From a virus, in IMG/VR virus record IMGVR_UViG_3300037761_000162, positions 1-48,086 of that record: DNA of 48,086 bases; one strand, 5' to 3'. The position numbers and the translations under genes are program-made. Position 1 is the stretch's first letter. Each line of letters begins with the position of its first letter. A model generated the notes under the pieces. That model saw only the letters and a list, made by a program, of their open reading frames with translations. It ran no database searches and was not told the DNA's origin. Shown piece by piece: positions 14,101-21,982 of this stretch.

Positions 14101-16678
14101 TGCCGTTGGGCGAAACAACACACCCGAGGCTGCGGTGAAGCGGAGTGCGGGGGTAAGAGTCCGTCTGCCTTTCTCCGCACGCAAGGGTGACCTGATCCAG
14201 GACTCCGGTACGGCAGAGATCACCCTGAATACCGCAGCCGGGAAGGTCACTATCCGCGGCGGGTTTGACGGTGACCACGGGGACCGGCTCCGTAAGCAGG
14301 TCTCTAACCGCGGTCCCGATGACGCATGGGTGGATGCGGCTACCGACCTGAAATTTGCCGAGTTCATTGCGGCCTCGCGGCGCTATGTGGATGTCGCCCC
14401 AGACGACTGGAAGACGTACCAGGAGGCGTGGAGCCGTGCGGTGATGCTCCAGCTTGCCAAGGACCCGGCTGCTAGGCAGTTTTTGGCTGGCCGGTCATAC
14501 TCAGATGTTATTAAGTGGTTGGTGTCCACCTCTGAAGGACGAGCCTATCAGTGGCGAATGGGTCCATGGCGGTCGCAGTTTGCTGAGCAGGTTGCGATGG
14601 TTCAGGCAATGGTTGACGCGTATGTTCCCTTTGCTCCGGCGCGACGTCCAGAGTCATTCGAGCTACGACGGAAGGTTCTTGCGGGCGAGGCCACAACGGC
14701 AGACCTTGAGCGCGTTGTGAGCCGTAGCGAGATGCCTCGGGTACACGGATTGTCACTTGAGGCGGCTACCGGCCGCGGTCCGCTAATGGACAAGATCAAG
14801 AAAGCTACTGACGACACGTTCAAGCGTCTATCGGATATGCCGAACGATAAGCTCGTCCGGTTCCCGTTTGCTGCTGAACGGTATCGCATGCACGCCCAAA
14901 CACTTGCTGAGCGGAGGGGTGGGCAGCTAGCCGGCAGAGGTGAGCACTTCCGGGTCGACGACCTGCGCGCGATCGAGCAGGTCGCACGCAGGCGGGCGTT
15001 GCGGGATGTCCAGCGGTATCTTTACACGACTAATGCGACTTGGGATCTCGCGAAGGCGCTTCGCCTGTATGTCCCGTTCATGTCGGCCATTGCGGACTCC
15101 GGCCTCAAGTGGGGTGTGGTACTTCGTGAGAACCCGACTGCTGCACTGCACATTTGGAAACTGTGGAGCCTGCCTGACCGCGCCGGCCTGGTGACTGATG
15201 AGAACGGTAACGAGCTAGTTGTCGAGGACGGTCGTGAGACCTGGTACTCGGCGCATCCTCAAACCGGTGAACGTGTAGAATTGGTCGACCACAAGCCGGC
15301 TGACAGGTTCATCACGTTCCGCTTGCCGTCGTGGCTTTCGCAGCGTTACTATGGTGACGACTCTCGTCCACAGGTGCGAATCAACAAGCGGGTCTTTCGC
15401 ACATTTCTTGACCTGCCAACCGCTGGGCCGATCATAACTGTGCCAGCTAACAAGTTTGCGCTGGATAACCCGGAGTTTGCAGAGAACGAGTTTGTGAAGC
15501 AATGGATTCTCCCCCTTGGGCCGAGCGCTGATTCATCTGCTGCGGTCATTCCGACCAACGTGAGAAACATCCGTCAGGTCGTATTTCCTGAATGGGCTGA
15601 GCAGGATCGGCAAATCGCCGAAGGTCAGGCTACTGCGATCTTCGCGTCGGACATGACATCCTACTCACTCGGTTTGCGGCCAAACCCGCCGACCTTTGAG
15701 GAAGCGCGTGACAAGGCTGCGTCGATGCGTGGTCTGCGCTTCTGGGCGGCGTTTGGTGCCGGTATTTCCCCGCAGATCCAGAGCCCGTACCAGCCTTACA
15801 TCGACTACTACCGGCAGTTGCGGGCGCGCGAGGCGACCCTGCGTGAGCAAGCGGCGGCCGAAGGCCGCGACCAGGCAGAGGTGCCGGCGGCCGACCAGCT
15901 CTTTTACGATGAGATGGGTGAGGAGTTCTTCGCACTGACCGCCCGGGTTACCCGTAACGCGTTGGGCATTCCTGCAACGATTAAAACCCAGCGAGCGTGG
16001 CAAAAGTACCAGGACTTGATCGACCGCCATCCCGATGTTGCGACCCTGATCATCGGCCAGGAAGGCGGAGGCGAGTTCTCGCGTGCCGTTTATGAGGCGC
16101 AAAAACTGCAAGAGCTGCGTCCAGGGTCTAGCGAAAAGCAGCGTGGACGACTGTCTCCTGAGGAATCGTGGGAGGATTCTCAGAAGCGGCTGGGATGGAT
16201 TGAGTATGGCAAGTTCCAGGATCTGATACACATCGACCTTGCGTCACGTGGTTTGACCAGTATCGAGCAGACGGGCGCGGAACGCATCAGGGCTGCGAGA
16301 GACAAGTGGCTTCAGGATCGGATGTTCGTTGAGTCGCCCTGGGGAGAGACAACTCTTAACCCATGGTTCGAAGATTTTCGAACCATCGACACTTCTCGCT
16401 TGACGGGCCGCCTCCAGAGTTTTCGGGAGATCGTTCAGGACAGGCGGCTACAGGGACGCGACGATATTCGCGGGCTGATCGAGTATCTACGACTACGGGA
16501 CCGATTTCGCGCGTTCATGGATCGTCAGGGCTGGGCTACGTTGGCTAATGACGATGCAGCAATGTTAAGGGCGCAATGGCAGCGGATCGTATTCCAGCTC
16601 AAGGAAGATAGCTTGGCGTTCTCGGCATTGCATGACCGGTGGCTAACCGGTGATGAGACTTTGGCGGCTCGGGGGTGA
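11168..16678 (+). CDS. giant virion-module protein (1,836 aa), function unknown; candidate internal/ejection protein
   Basis: One uninterrupted 5.5-kb ORF, coupled to its upstream gene and located between the portal and scaffold genes. I recognised no catalytic motif by eye. Confidence 0.8.
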   Translation: MGLIDRFAEVNWRDWDFRWAETGGNLKGSWEAARDFWKEQHAVGASLWNTAFGAGDAKDNADAFWASANVLDRAFSQVSRGGQAVGGVASALGDQPLFRQVFGTLDVAQREFVGRPIATVNLARADALNERNLGLLFDADTWKQAYNTTTFVTPGQAFVFATIGQAQDVTEMLGINPSAERRKAVLEQSPTVGIILQDPDKFDPRLRGEDGRQSYYENSLMKGVSGTLDVGIVLAGDPALAVSKLALLARSRFLSKEMTAAALQSGKLESVIDGRSYRKAKDFIRSADNSEQVRRRMFNNHYDGDLAAALLYDSARMQDDYASQGGVIDLYDTTFRALYGDAGAWDTLAQEAPRIADVIGHAQANYTLANAAKHYGEGNPKVNSQIEALMETKRRAWVDATVNGHGTWGQLGTSAKAGGLLSGTAPPRLTWTSLWRSGTYEYVRNITPVKLGHWARRSRHFLPSQRSGRMLDLNDPNSVGVFRSTLGLSRLDQREMDRWVGAYARATSPEARFAIYNAAENFAFHKHGSAYGLTMSDLDVLIPVMNRHRRGNRQILSANRRYASQDVLEEYERKLKANKIASATRIAAVKHQIDQAVQRGDVPSHYIELPDEFGNLTLIPEDLNIRLDRPVTITQHGDIVPMVDWNVLENALWWHVGFGRGRPKLKGDDTPTWTAQFGKQVYGAQDITRATLEAVMSTWKVTAILRPGYVPRTLSDELGRVWAKLGAFSSFATVGRGTKNTLHNIRSRRRLVGEIVAARRARGEGSVEVDAEAEVIAASAPSPRGARLSEDASFDPSNPVSLTDTGKAYRSYEVAFADGVIPLDDLVDRVEAHASAGTLNSQLAEIYGSLESGAMTPAEFRTAVGAYALRAADRGAYLSPAWQQSYLRHVVRAHERRSHGEPARISVVDPFSGESPDLTTDQIRQNITTQHQRLIVRADDGVFNPEDVRAFVEEHLDELLRPDSVLVSHMWPDGRIALAVGRNNTPEAAVKRSAGVRVRLPFSARKGDLIQDSGTAEITLNTAAGKVTIRGGFDGDHGDRLRKQVSNRGPDDAWVDAATDLKFAEFIAASRRYVDVAPDDWKTYQEAWSRAVMLQLAKDPAARQFLAGRSYSDVIKWLVSTSEGRAYQWRMGPWRSQFAEQVAMVQAMVDAYVPFAPARRPESFELRRKVLAGEATTADLERVVSRSEMPRVHGLSLEAATGRGPLMDKIKKATDDTFKRLSDMPNDKLVRFPFAAERYRMHAQTLAERRGGQLAGRGEHFRVDDLRAIEQVARRRALRDVQRYLYTTNATWDLAKALRLYVPFMSAIADSGLKWGVVLRENPTAALHIWKLWSLPDRAGLVTDENGNELVVEDGRETWYSAHPQTGERVELVDHKPADRFITFRLPSWLSQRYYGDDSRPQVRINKRVFRTFLDLPTAGPIITVPANKFALDNPEFAENEFVKQWILPLGPSADSSAAVIPTNVRNIRQVVFPEWAEQDRQIAEGQATAIFASDMTSYSLGLRPNPPTFEEARDKAASMRGLRFWAAFGAGISPQIQSPYQPYIDYYRQLRAREATLREQAAAEGRDQAEVPAADQLFYDEMGEEFFALTARVTRNALGIPATIKTQRAWQKYQDLIDRHPDVATLIIGQEGGGEFSRAVYEAQKLQELRPGSSEKQRGRLSPEESWEDSQKRLGWIEYGKFQDLIHIDLASRGLTSIEQTGAERIRAARDKWLQDRMFVESPWGETTLNPWFEDFRTIDTSRLTGRLQSFREIVQDRRLQGRDDIRGLIEYLRLRDRFRAFMDRQGWATLANDDAAMLRAQWQRIVFQLKEDSLAFSALHDRWLTGDETLAARG

Positions 16679-16682
16679 CCAG

Positions 16683-17900
16683 GTGACCGTTGTTGGCGCA
16701 GGGCGTGAGCCTACCGTATGGGAGCGCATTGCGCAGACCATGACCAAGGCGTCGCGACTGTTCGCTCGCCCGGATGTCAACGCTATGGTACGTAGTCGGT
16801 CGCTGAACCCGGATATCCGTGAGCAGCAGCGTCAGGAAGACCTGATGAGGCAGGCCGACCGCGAACGCCTAATGGGTCCCGTGCAGCCGCGCGGTAAGGA
16901 TCGCCTGGCTACCGAACTGAAGCGTAATCCTCACAAGCCTGGTTCAGTGGAATATGATCGCTGGGTGATCGGTCTCCGGGAAGTCTCGGATGACCCTGAG
17001 TTCAACATTGCGCTCCGGTCGGCGCAAGGACCCGCGTTTCGTCGTGAGCAGATGCGTTCCGAGGGCGGGCTTTTCGGTCAACGGGACAGCGATCCCGATG
17101 TCACCCCTGAGGGGTTTTCGGCCCGCCAGCAGATTATCGATCGTCCACGTTCGGTCATCGTGGGTCCGGACGGCGAACCGGTACCAGATCAGTTTACGAT
17201 TGGCGTTGACGGTAGTATTGTTCCGGCTGGCACTGAACTAGCCGCAGGGGTTGACCCGACTTTGATCAGTGGCGAGGACGCCGTGCGCTCGGGTCAGTTT
17301 GTGTGGATGGGCGGGATGGGCGCGGAGGAGGCGGCAGGGCGGTTTGGGACCGTACCGGTCGTCGAGGATGCCTACATGTCAGCTAATGATGCCGTTCTTT
17401 TGCCGTACCGCTGGACTCCAGCCCAGATTGCCTACGCACAGGAGGCTATGGGGCTCGATATCACTGGCTTTGCCGACCAAGCCGTGATCAACGGTTGGGC
17501 TCAGGTTGTCGCCTCGGCAGCAGGATATGCCCAAGCCGGTCGGAGAGTTGACCCGTTCATGTTGCTCGATATGGTTTTCGATGCGACCCAGGCTGCCAGC
17601 CGCGGTGGCGGAGGGGGAGGTGGCGGGGGTGGCGGTACCGCTTTCTCGGTCTCGGAGACAACGGCGTTCTTAAACTCCGTAATGCTGGAAGAAGCTGGGC
17701 GCGAAGCGACCAACCAGGAGGCCGAGCAGTTTAACGCCGCTTTCAACGGAGCTGGCGAGGTCGATCCGACTCAGTTTGCCGTTGATTGGGTTCGCAGCAT
17801 AGCAGGCGGAGAGGCTGGGACCTTCCAAGCCGCTACGGACTACTACCAGGCGATGCTGGCAGTGCTTGGCGCAAACACCCAAGCCGAGGGGGGGCCGTAA
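16683..17900 (+). CDS. virion-module protein with poly-Gly linker (405 aa)
   Basis: GTG at 16683 follows GGGGGTG. Alternative ATG at 16653 overlaps the giant ORF by 26 nt. A run of about 11 Gly codons lies at 17604-17636. Confidence 0.65.
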   Translation: MTVVGAGREPTVWERIAQTMTKASRLFARPDVNAMVRSRSLNPDIREQQRQEDLMRQADRERLMGPVQPRGKDRLATELKRNPHKPGSVEYDRWVIGLREVSDDPEFNIALRSAQGPAFRREQMRSEGGLFGQRDSDPDVTPEGFSARQQIIDRPRSVIVGPDGEPVPDQFTIGVDGSIVPAGTELAAGVDPTLISGEDAVRSGQFVWMGGMGAEEAAGRFGTVPVVEDAYMSANDAVLLPYRWTPAQIAYAQEAMGLDITGFADQAVINGWAQVVASAAGYAQAGRRVDPFMLLDMVFDATQAASRGGGGGGGGGGGTAFSVSETTAFLNSVMLEEAGREATNQEAEQFNAAFNGAGEVDPTQFAVDWVRSIAGGEAGTFQAATDYYQAMLAVLGANTQAEGGP

Positions 17901-18950
17901 GTGTCGTACGACCTTTTCTTCGATGACACCGGAAAAGCTGCGCCTACCACATCAGCGCCGCGCAAGCCTACAACTGCGCCAACCCCCCGCCCCAGTGCCG
18001 GCAGCAGCAGCGGTGGAGGTGGGAGCGGAGGTGGCGGGGGTGGCGGAGGTAGCGCTCCTCGCCCAAAGGCCGAGAAGCGGCTTAGCCTTGACGAACTCGC
18101 CGCGCAATATGGTTACGCCGCTGCGTTCTTCAGGTCCGACGCTGAACTTCGCAAGCTGATTCAGCAAGCCGTCAAGGACCAGTGGTCAACGGCCAAGTTC
18201 CAGGCCAAGCTTATGGCGTCAAAGTGGTATCGGAAGCACACTGCGTCCGCTCGCACCTGGCTTGAACTTGAGGCCCGGGACCCGAAGGAGGCATCTAGCC
18301 GGGTTGCTGAACAGACCAGAGCTATCCGTGCGCAAGCGAACCAGATGGGTATTTCGCTCTCATCTGGACGTGTTAAGAAAATGGCCCGCGAAGCGCTGAT
18401 GATGGGATGGTCGGCGCAGCTCATCACTGACGCGGTTGCCGATGAGTTCAAGTATGACCCTGGCGAAACGTCGGGTCAGGCCGCCTCAATGGAGACATTC
18501 ATTAAGCGAACTGCGGGCGACTTCGGTGTTCGGGTCTCGGATTCGCGAGTCGGCGATTGGCTCGGTAAGACGCTTCGCGGTGATTTCACCGAGGATAATA
18601 TCACGGACCTGGTAGCCGACATGGCTCGTAGCCGTTACCCAGGCTTGAACGAGTTTATCGACCAGGGTAAGACGGTGGCGGATGTTGCTGAGCCTTATCG
18701 TGAAGCATACTCTCGGCTGTTGGAAGTTCCGTTCGAGACCGTTGACCTGTTCGATGGCATAGTCCAACAAGCCCTACAGGGCACTCGGAGTGCTACTGCC
18801 AAGGCCGGTGACCCCCTCCAGGTGCAGTCGCTTTACGACTTTGAGCGAACTTTGAGGCGCGACTCTCGCTGGCAGTTTACGCGAAATGCACGGCAGTCGG
18901 CGATGGATACCACGATCGGGATTCTGCGTGATTGGGGTCTAAGTGCCTGA
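17901..18950 (+). CDS. virion-module protein with Gly/Ser linker (349 aa)
   Basis: GTG start directly after the previous stop, with GAGGGGGGG RBS. Gly/Ser tract at 18000-18053. Confidence 0.65.
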   Translation: MSYDLFFDDTGKAAPTTSAPRKPTTAPTPRPSAGSSSGGGGSGGGGGGGGSAPRPKAEKRLSLDELAAQYGYAAAFFRSDAELRKLIQQAVKDQWSTAKFQAKLMASKWYRKHTASARTWLELEARDPKEASSRVAEQTRAIRAQANQMGISLSSGRVKKMAREALMMGWSAQLITDAVADEFKYDPGETSGQAASMETFIKRTAGDFGVRVSDSRVGDWLGKTLRGDFTEDNITDLVADMARSRYPGLNEFIDQGKTVADVAEPYREAYSRLLEVPFETVDLFDGIVQQALQGTRSATAKAGDPLQVQSLYDFERTLRRDSRWQFTRNARQSAMDTTIGILRDWGLSA

Positions 18951-19758
18951 GTCAGCCTTTGATGTTATGCACGCCATGCTAAGAGATTTGGGACTTGGGT
19001 CGCTTGTGCCGGCGGCGCGTGAAATGCTGGAGGATGGCCACACGGTTGAGCAGATTTCAGTCCTGATCCAGGACACCGAAGCGTATAAGCAACGGTTTGC
19101 GGGTAACGAACTTCGGCGGAAAAAGGGGTTGCCTGTGTTAAGCCCCCTCGACTACTTGAATACCGAAGCTGCGTACCGGCAGATCATGGAGTCGGCTGGC
19201 TTACCGCCAGGGTTCTACGACAGGCCAGAGGACTTTACCGAGTGGATTGCCAACGATGTGGCGCCTGTTGAAATCAAGACTCGGGTAGACGAGGCTTTGG
19301 CTGTTGCGTTTCGTTTGGACGACGCTACCGCTAACGCGTTTCGCGACTTCTACGGTATTACTCGTGACAACCTCGCTGCTTTCTTTCTTGACCGTGAGCG
19401 CGGGCTGCAAGAGCTTGAGCGCATCAGCCGGGCTGGGCTTATCGGTGGTGCGGCCCGGGCGCAAGGGCTCGGCGTTGACCGCACGCGGGCTGAGCAGCTT
19501 GCCGCAAGCGACCTCGTTGGCGAGGGCGACTATAGATCGGCGCTCGGCCAGGTGGCGCGGCTAACGAAGGACGCCGGGCGGCTGGCTGGGATTCATGATG
19601 TTGATTACGGGCAGCAAGAGGCTGAGCAAGAGATTTTCTTTGCCGACGAAGAGTCACGGCGGAAGCGGCGGAAGCTGCGCAGCCTTGAAGAGGGTCAGTT
19701 TAGTCAAGGGTCGGGGGGTTCTCCGGCGAGCTTGGCGAGGCCGTCAGGTCAGGTTTAG
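18943..19758 (+). CDS. virion-module protein (271 aa)
   Basis: GTG start overlapping the previous gene by 8 nt. Helical, with an acidic/basic C-terminus. Confidence 0.6.
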   Translation: MPESAFDVMHAMLRDLGLGSLVPAAREMLEDGHTVEQISVLIQDTEAYKQRFAGNELRRKKGLPVLSPLDYLNTEAAYRQIMESAGLPPGFYDRPEDFTEWIANDVAPVEIKTRVDEALAVAFRLDDATANAFRDFYGITRDNLAAFFLDRERGLQELERISRAGLIGGAARAQGLGVDRTRAEQLAASDLVGEGDYRSALGQVARLTKDAGRLAGIHDVDYGQQEAEQEIFFADEESRRKRRKLRSLEEGQFSQGSGGSPASLARPSGQV

Positions 19759-19798
19759 CTTGTCCTCTGCCGTCCTACGGGACTGACAGAGCTTGACG

Positions 19799-19870
19799 CG
19801 CGGGTAGGTGCGTCGGTCGCACACGGGCCTCATAAGCCTGAGTTAGCCGGTTCGACTCCGGCACCCGCCA
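19799..19870 (+). tRNA. tRNA-Met(CAU)-like gene with atypical features
   Basis: Manual cloverleaf. Acceptor CGCGGGT/ACCCGCC has 6 pairs plus a C1xC72 mismatch. D stem GTGC/GCAC. Anticodon stem CGGGC/GCCTG with loop CTCATAA. T arm GCCGG-TTCGACT-CCGGC. Discriminator is A. A8 and G14 are non-canonical and no CCA is encoded. Confidence 0.45.
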
Positions 19871-20001
19871 CTCCGCACCATCTTATAACCGGCGGATGGA
19901 TTGCGTGATACAGCCGGTAGCCGTGCGTTCCGGTGGCTTGTCCCCACGAGGCCACTGTTGGCGTACGCAGACATTTCCTTTCTGAAAGTGGGTGTTTCGT
20001 A

Positions 20002-20535
20002 ATGGCAAACGACTGGGATCAGCTTGACGACTTCGACGAGAATTCGGACGAAGGGGGTCAGGAACCCAAGAAAACCAACCCGCTGCGTAAGCGCATGCGT
20101 GAGCTGGAGAGGGAGAATCAGCAGCTAAAGGAAACTAACTCGAAGCTTGCCAAGGAAACTCGGAGTTCGAGCCTCGTGCAGCTTCTTCGCGCGGCAAAGG
20201 TCAAGCATGCTCCAAAGGTAGCTGTCTTGGTGCCATCTGATGTCGACTCGACTGAGGATGGGGTCAAGAAGTGGCTGGAGGATTATGCCGAGGTGTTCAA
20301 CATCCAGACCGAGCCTACCGGTGAAGGTGAAGGCGAAGGCGAAGGCGCCACTCAGGAGCCTCCGGAGCAGACCGAGCAAGCCGAGAAGCTGGGGCGGATC
20401 GGTAAGGTTACCGCCTCCACAGCGACGGTTACCAAGCAGGCTGACCTTCTGCGGCGTCTGAACGACCCGAACCTCAAGAAGGAGGAACTTCTCCAGATGA
20501 TCTATGACGCGGGCGGCGGTCCCGGTTCCGGCTGA
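20002..20535 (+). CDS. scaffolding protein (177 aa)
   Basis: ATG at 20002. Very acidic. Coiled-coil segment RKRMRELERENQQLKETNSKLAKE. EGEGEGEG tract. Lies directly upstream of the capsid gene. Confidence 0.7.
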   Translation: MANDWDQLDDFDENSDEGGQEPKKTNPLRKRMRELERENQQLKETNSKLAKETRSSSLVQLLRAAKVKHAPKVAVLVPSDVDSTEDGVKKWLEDYAEVFNIQTEPTGEGEGEGEGATQEPPEQTEQAEKLGRIGKVTASTATVTKQADLLRRLNDPNLKKEELLQMIYDAGGGPGSG

Positions 20536-20577
20536 GTCTAGTCGCTTAGAACCCCACTTTAGGAAAGGGGGTGAATT

Positions 20578-21543
20578 ATGGCTTTCACTGACATTGAGTC
20601 CGGTGCATCCCTTGGTGTTCAGCTTGTTCAGACGGCGTTTGATAAGCTGGTGGAGTACGCGCTTCGTGCGCAGCCTCAGTTTCGGGCGGTTGTGGACAAG
20701 CGCCCAGCACAGCAATCTATGCCGGGTGCTAGCGTAGTGTTCAATCTTTACCAGGACCTTACGCCGAACACCTCGACGCTGACCGAGACGGTTGACCCGG
20801 ATGCGGTTGCGATTCCGCAGACCACTCCGGTTACCGTGACTTTGAATGAGTACGGTATGTCGAGCCTGGTGACGCGGAAGCTGCGGCTCCTGTCGTTGTC
20901 CGACGTGGACCCGGGCATCGCCGATATTATCGCGTTCAACATGCTCGATAGTATCGACGTGCTTGTGCGCGATACCGCCCTTGGTGGCACGAATGTTATT
21001 CGAGTGAACGCGACTAACGTGCTCATCAACTCGGGTACCACCGGTGCCGTTGCCGAAGGCGACATCATGGAGTCTAAGGTAGGGCGGCTTGCAGTAGCCG
21101 CACTGCGTAACTTCAAGGCGCTTCCCCGCGTGGACAACCTGTTTGTCGCATACGTGAATCCCGACGTTTCGTTCGACCTTCGTAGCGAAACCGGGACCTC
21201 GCAGGCGACCTGGCGCACGCCACATGAGTACAGCGCGGCTGGCAACATCTGGGGCGGCACTATCGGTGAGTACGAGGGAATTCTCTATGTCGAGACCCCG
21301 CGTACGTTCTTCGCTAATGACGGCGACACCTCGGAGACTGTTCACCGGTCTATCGTGTTTGGCCGGCAGGCAATTGCTGAGGCGGTTGCCGAGGAACCTG
21401 GTGTTCGCATCGGTCCGGTTACCGACAACTTGATGAGGTTCCGACCCATCGGTTGGTATGGATTGCTGGGTTGGAACATCTATCGGGATGAAGCTGTTAT
21501 CCGGGTAGAAACCGCTTCCAGCATCAACACCACTTCTCTGTAA
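20578..21543 (+). CDS. major capsid protein, HK97-fold type (321 aa)
   Basis: Very strong RBS AGGAAAGGGGGTG. It follows the scaffold gene and is followed by a 17-bp hairpin. The sequence pattern (LTPNTSTLTETVDPDAVAIPQTTPVTVTLNEYG) recalls HK97-like capsid proteins. Confidence 0.8.
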   Translation: MAFTDIESGASLGVQLVQTAFDKLVEYALRAQPQFRAVVDKRPAQQSMPGASVVFNLYQDLTPNTSTLTETVDPDAVAIPQTTPVTVTLNEYGMSSLVTRKLRLLSLSDVDPGIADIIAFNMLDSIDVLVRDTALGGTNVIRVNATNVLINSGTTGAVAEGDIMESKVGRLAVAALRNFKALPRVDNLFVAYVNPDVSFDLRSETGTSQATWRTPHEYSAAGNIWGGTIGEYEGILYVETPRTFFANDGDTSETVHRSIVFGRQAIAEAVAEEPGVRIGPVTDNLMRFRPIGWYGLLGWNIYRDEAVIRVETASSINTTSL

Positions 21544-21547
21544 CCAC

Positions 21548-21584
21548 GTTTGAGGGGGAACCTCAATGAGGTTCCCCCTCAAAC
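21548..21584 (+). other. Perfect 17-bp stem-loop after the capsid gene (attenuator or RNA-stability element)
   Basis: GTTTGAGGGGGAACCTC-aat-GAGGTTCCCCCTCAAAC, read directly. No U tract follows. Confidence 0.6.
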
Positions 21585-21612
21585 TCTGATCTTCTTCGAA
21601 AGGGGGTGGCTA

Positions 21613-21978
21613 ATGGCAGTTGGATGGTCTGTGACCGCCGGCAACAGCGCCCTTACCACACTCACCGGCACTTACGACTTCATTCAGCTTCACGTTGGTG
21701 ACCCCGGCTCTGCTGGCACTGCAAACGTGGCCACCGAGAATACGCGCATGGAGGCAACATTCGGTACGGCCAGCGGTGGCTCGATCTCGACCACTGCCGA
21801 CCTTGAATGGCTTGATGTTCCCGCTGCTGAGGATTTCACCCACTTTAGCGTTTGGACGCTAGTAACCGGCGGAACGTTTGGTTTTTCCGGAACCATCACG
21901 GCTAACGCGGTTGGCATCGGCGATGACTTCGTGATCCAGACTGGCGATCTCACGGTCTCTGTCGACGTAGCGGCGTGA
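21613..21978 (+). CDS. virion structural protein (121 aa), possible decoration or head-tail protein
   Basis: ATG at 21613 after GGGGGTGG. A Gly/Thr/Ala-rich beta-type protein directly after the capsid gene. Confidence 0.5.
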   Translation: MAVGWSVTAGNSALTTLTGTYDFIQLHVGDPGSAGTANVATENTRMEATFGTASGGSISTTADLEWLDVPAAEDFTHFSVWTLVTGGTFGFSGTITANAVGIGDDFVIQTGDLTVSVDVAA

Positions 21979-21982
21979 TCTA

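Noticed and set aside
13256-14367. Minus-strand ORFs of 258 and 135 aa inside the giant gene
   Set aside because: They are antisense shadow frames of an uninterrupted 5.5-kb ORF. They have no RBS and an Arg/Ser/Pro-rich composition.
20321-20345. GGTGAAGGTGAAGGCGAAGGCGAAGGC hexanucleotide repeat
   Set aside because: It simply encodes the EGEGEGEG acidic tract of the scaffold protein and is not an independent element.
20125-21582. 485-aa minus-strand ORF, the longest antisense ORF in the window
   Set aside because: It lies wholly antisense to the scaffold and capsid genes, which have strong RBSs and recognisable character. Its Arg/Leu/Pro-rich composition is typical of shadow frames in GC-rich DNA. 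Its first residues merely mirror the plus-strand reading of the 21548-21584 palindrome.
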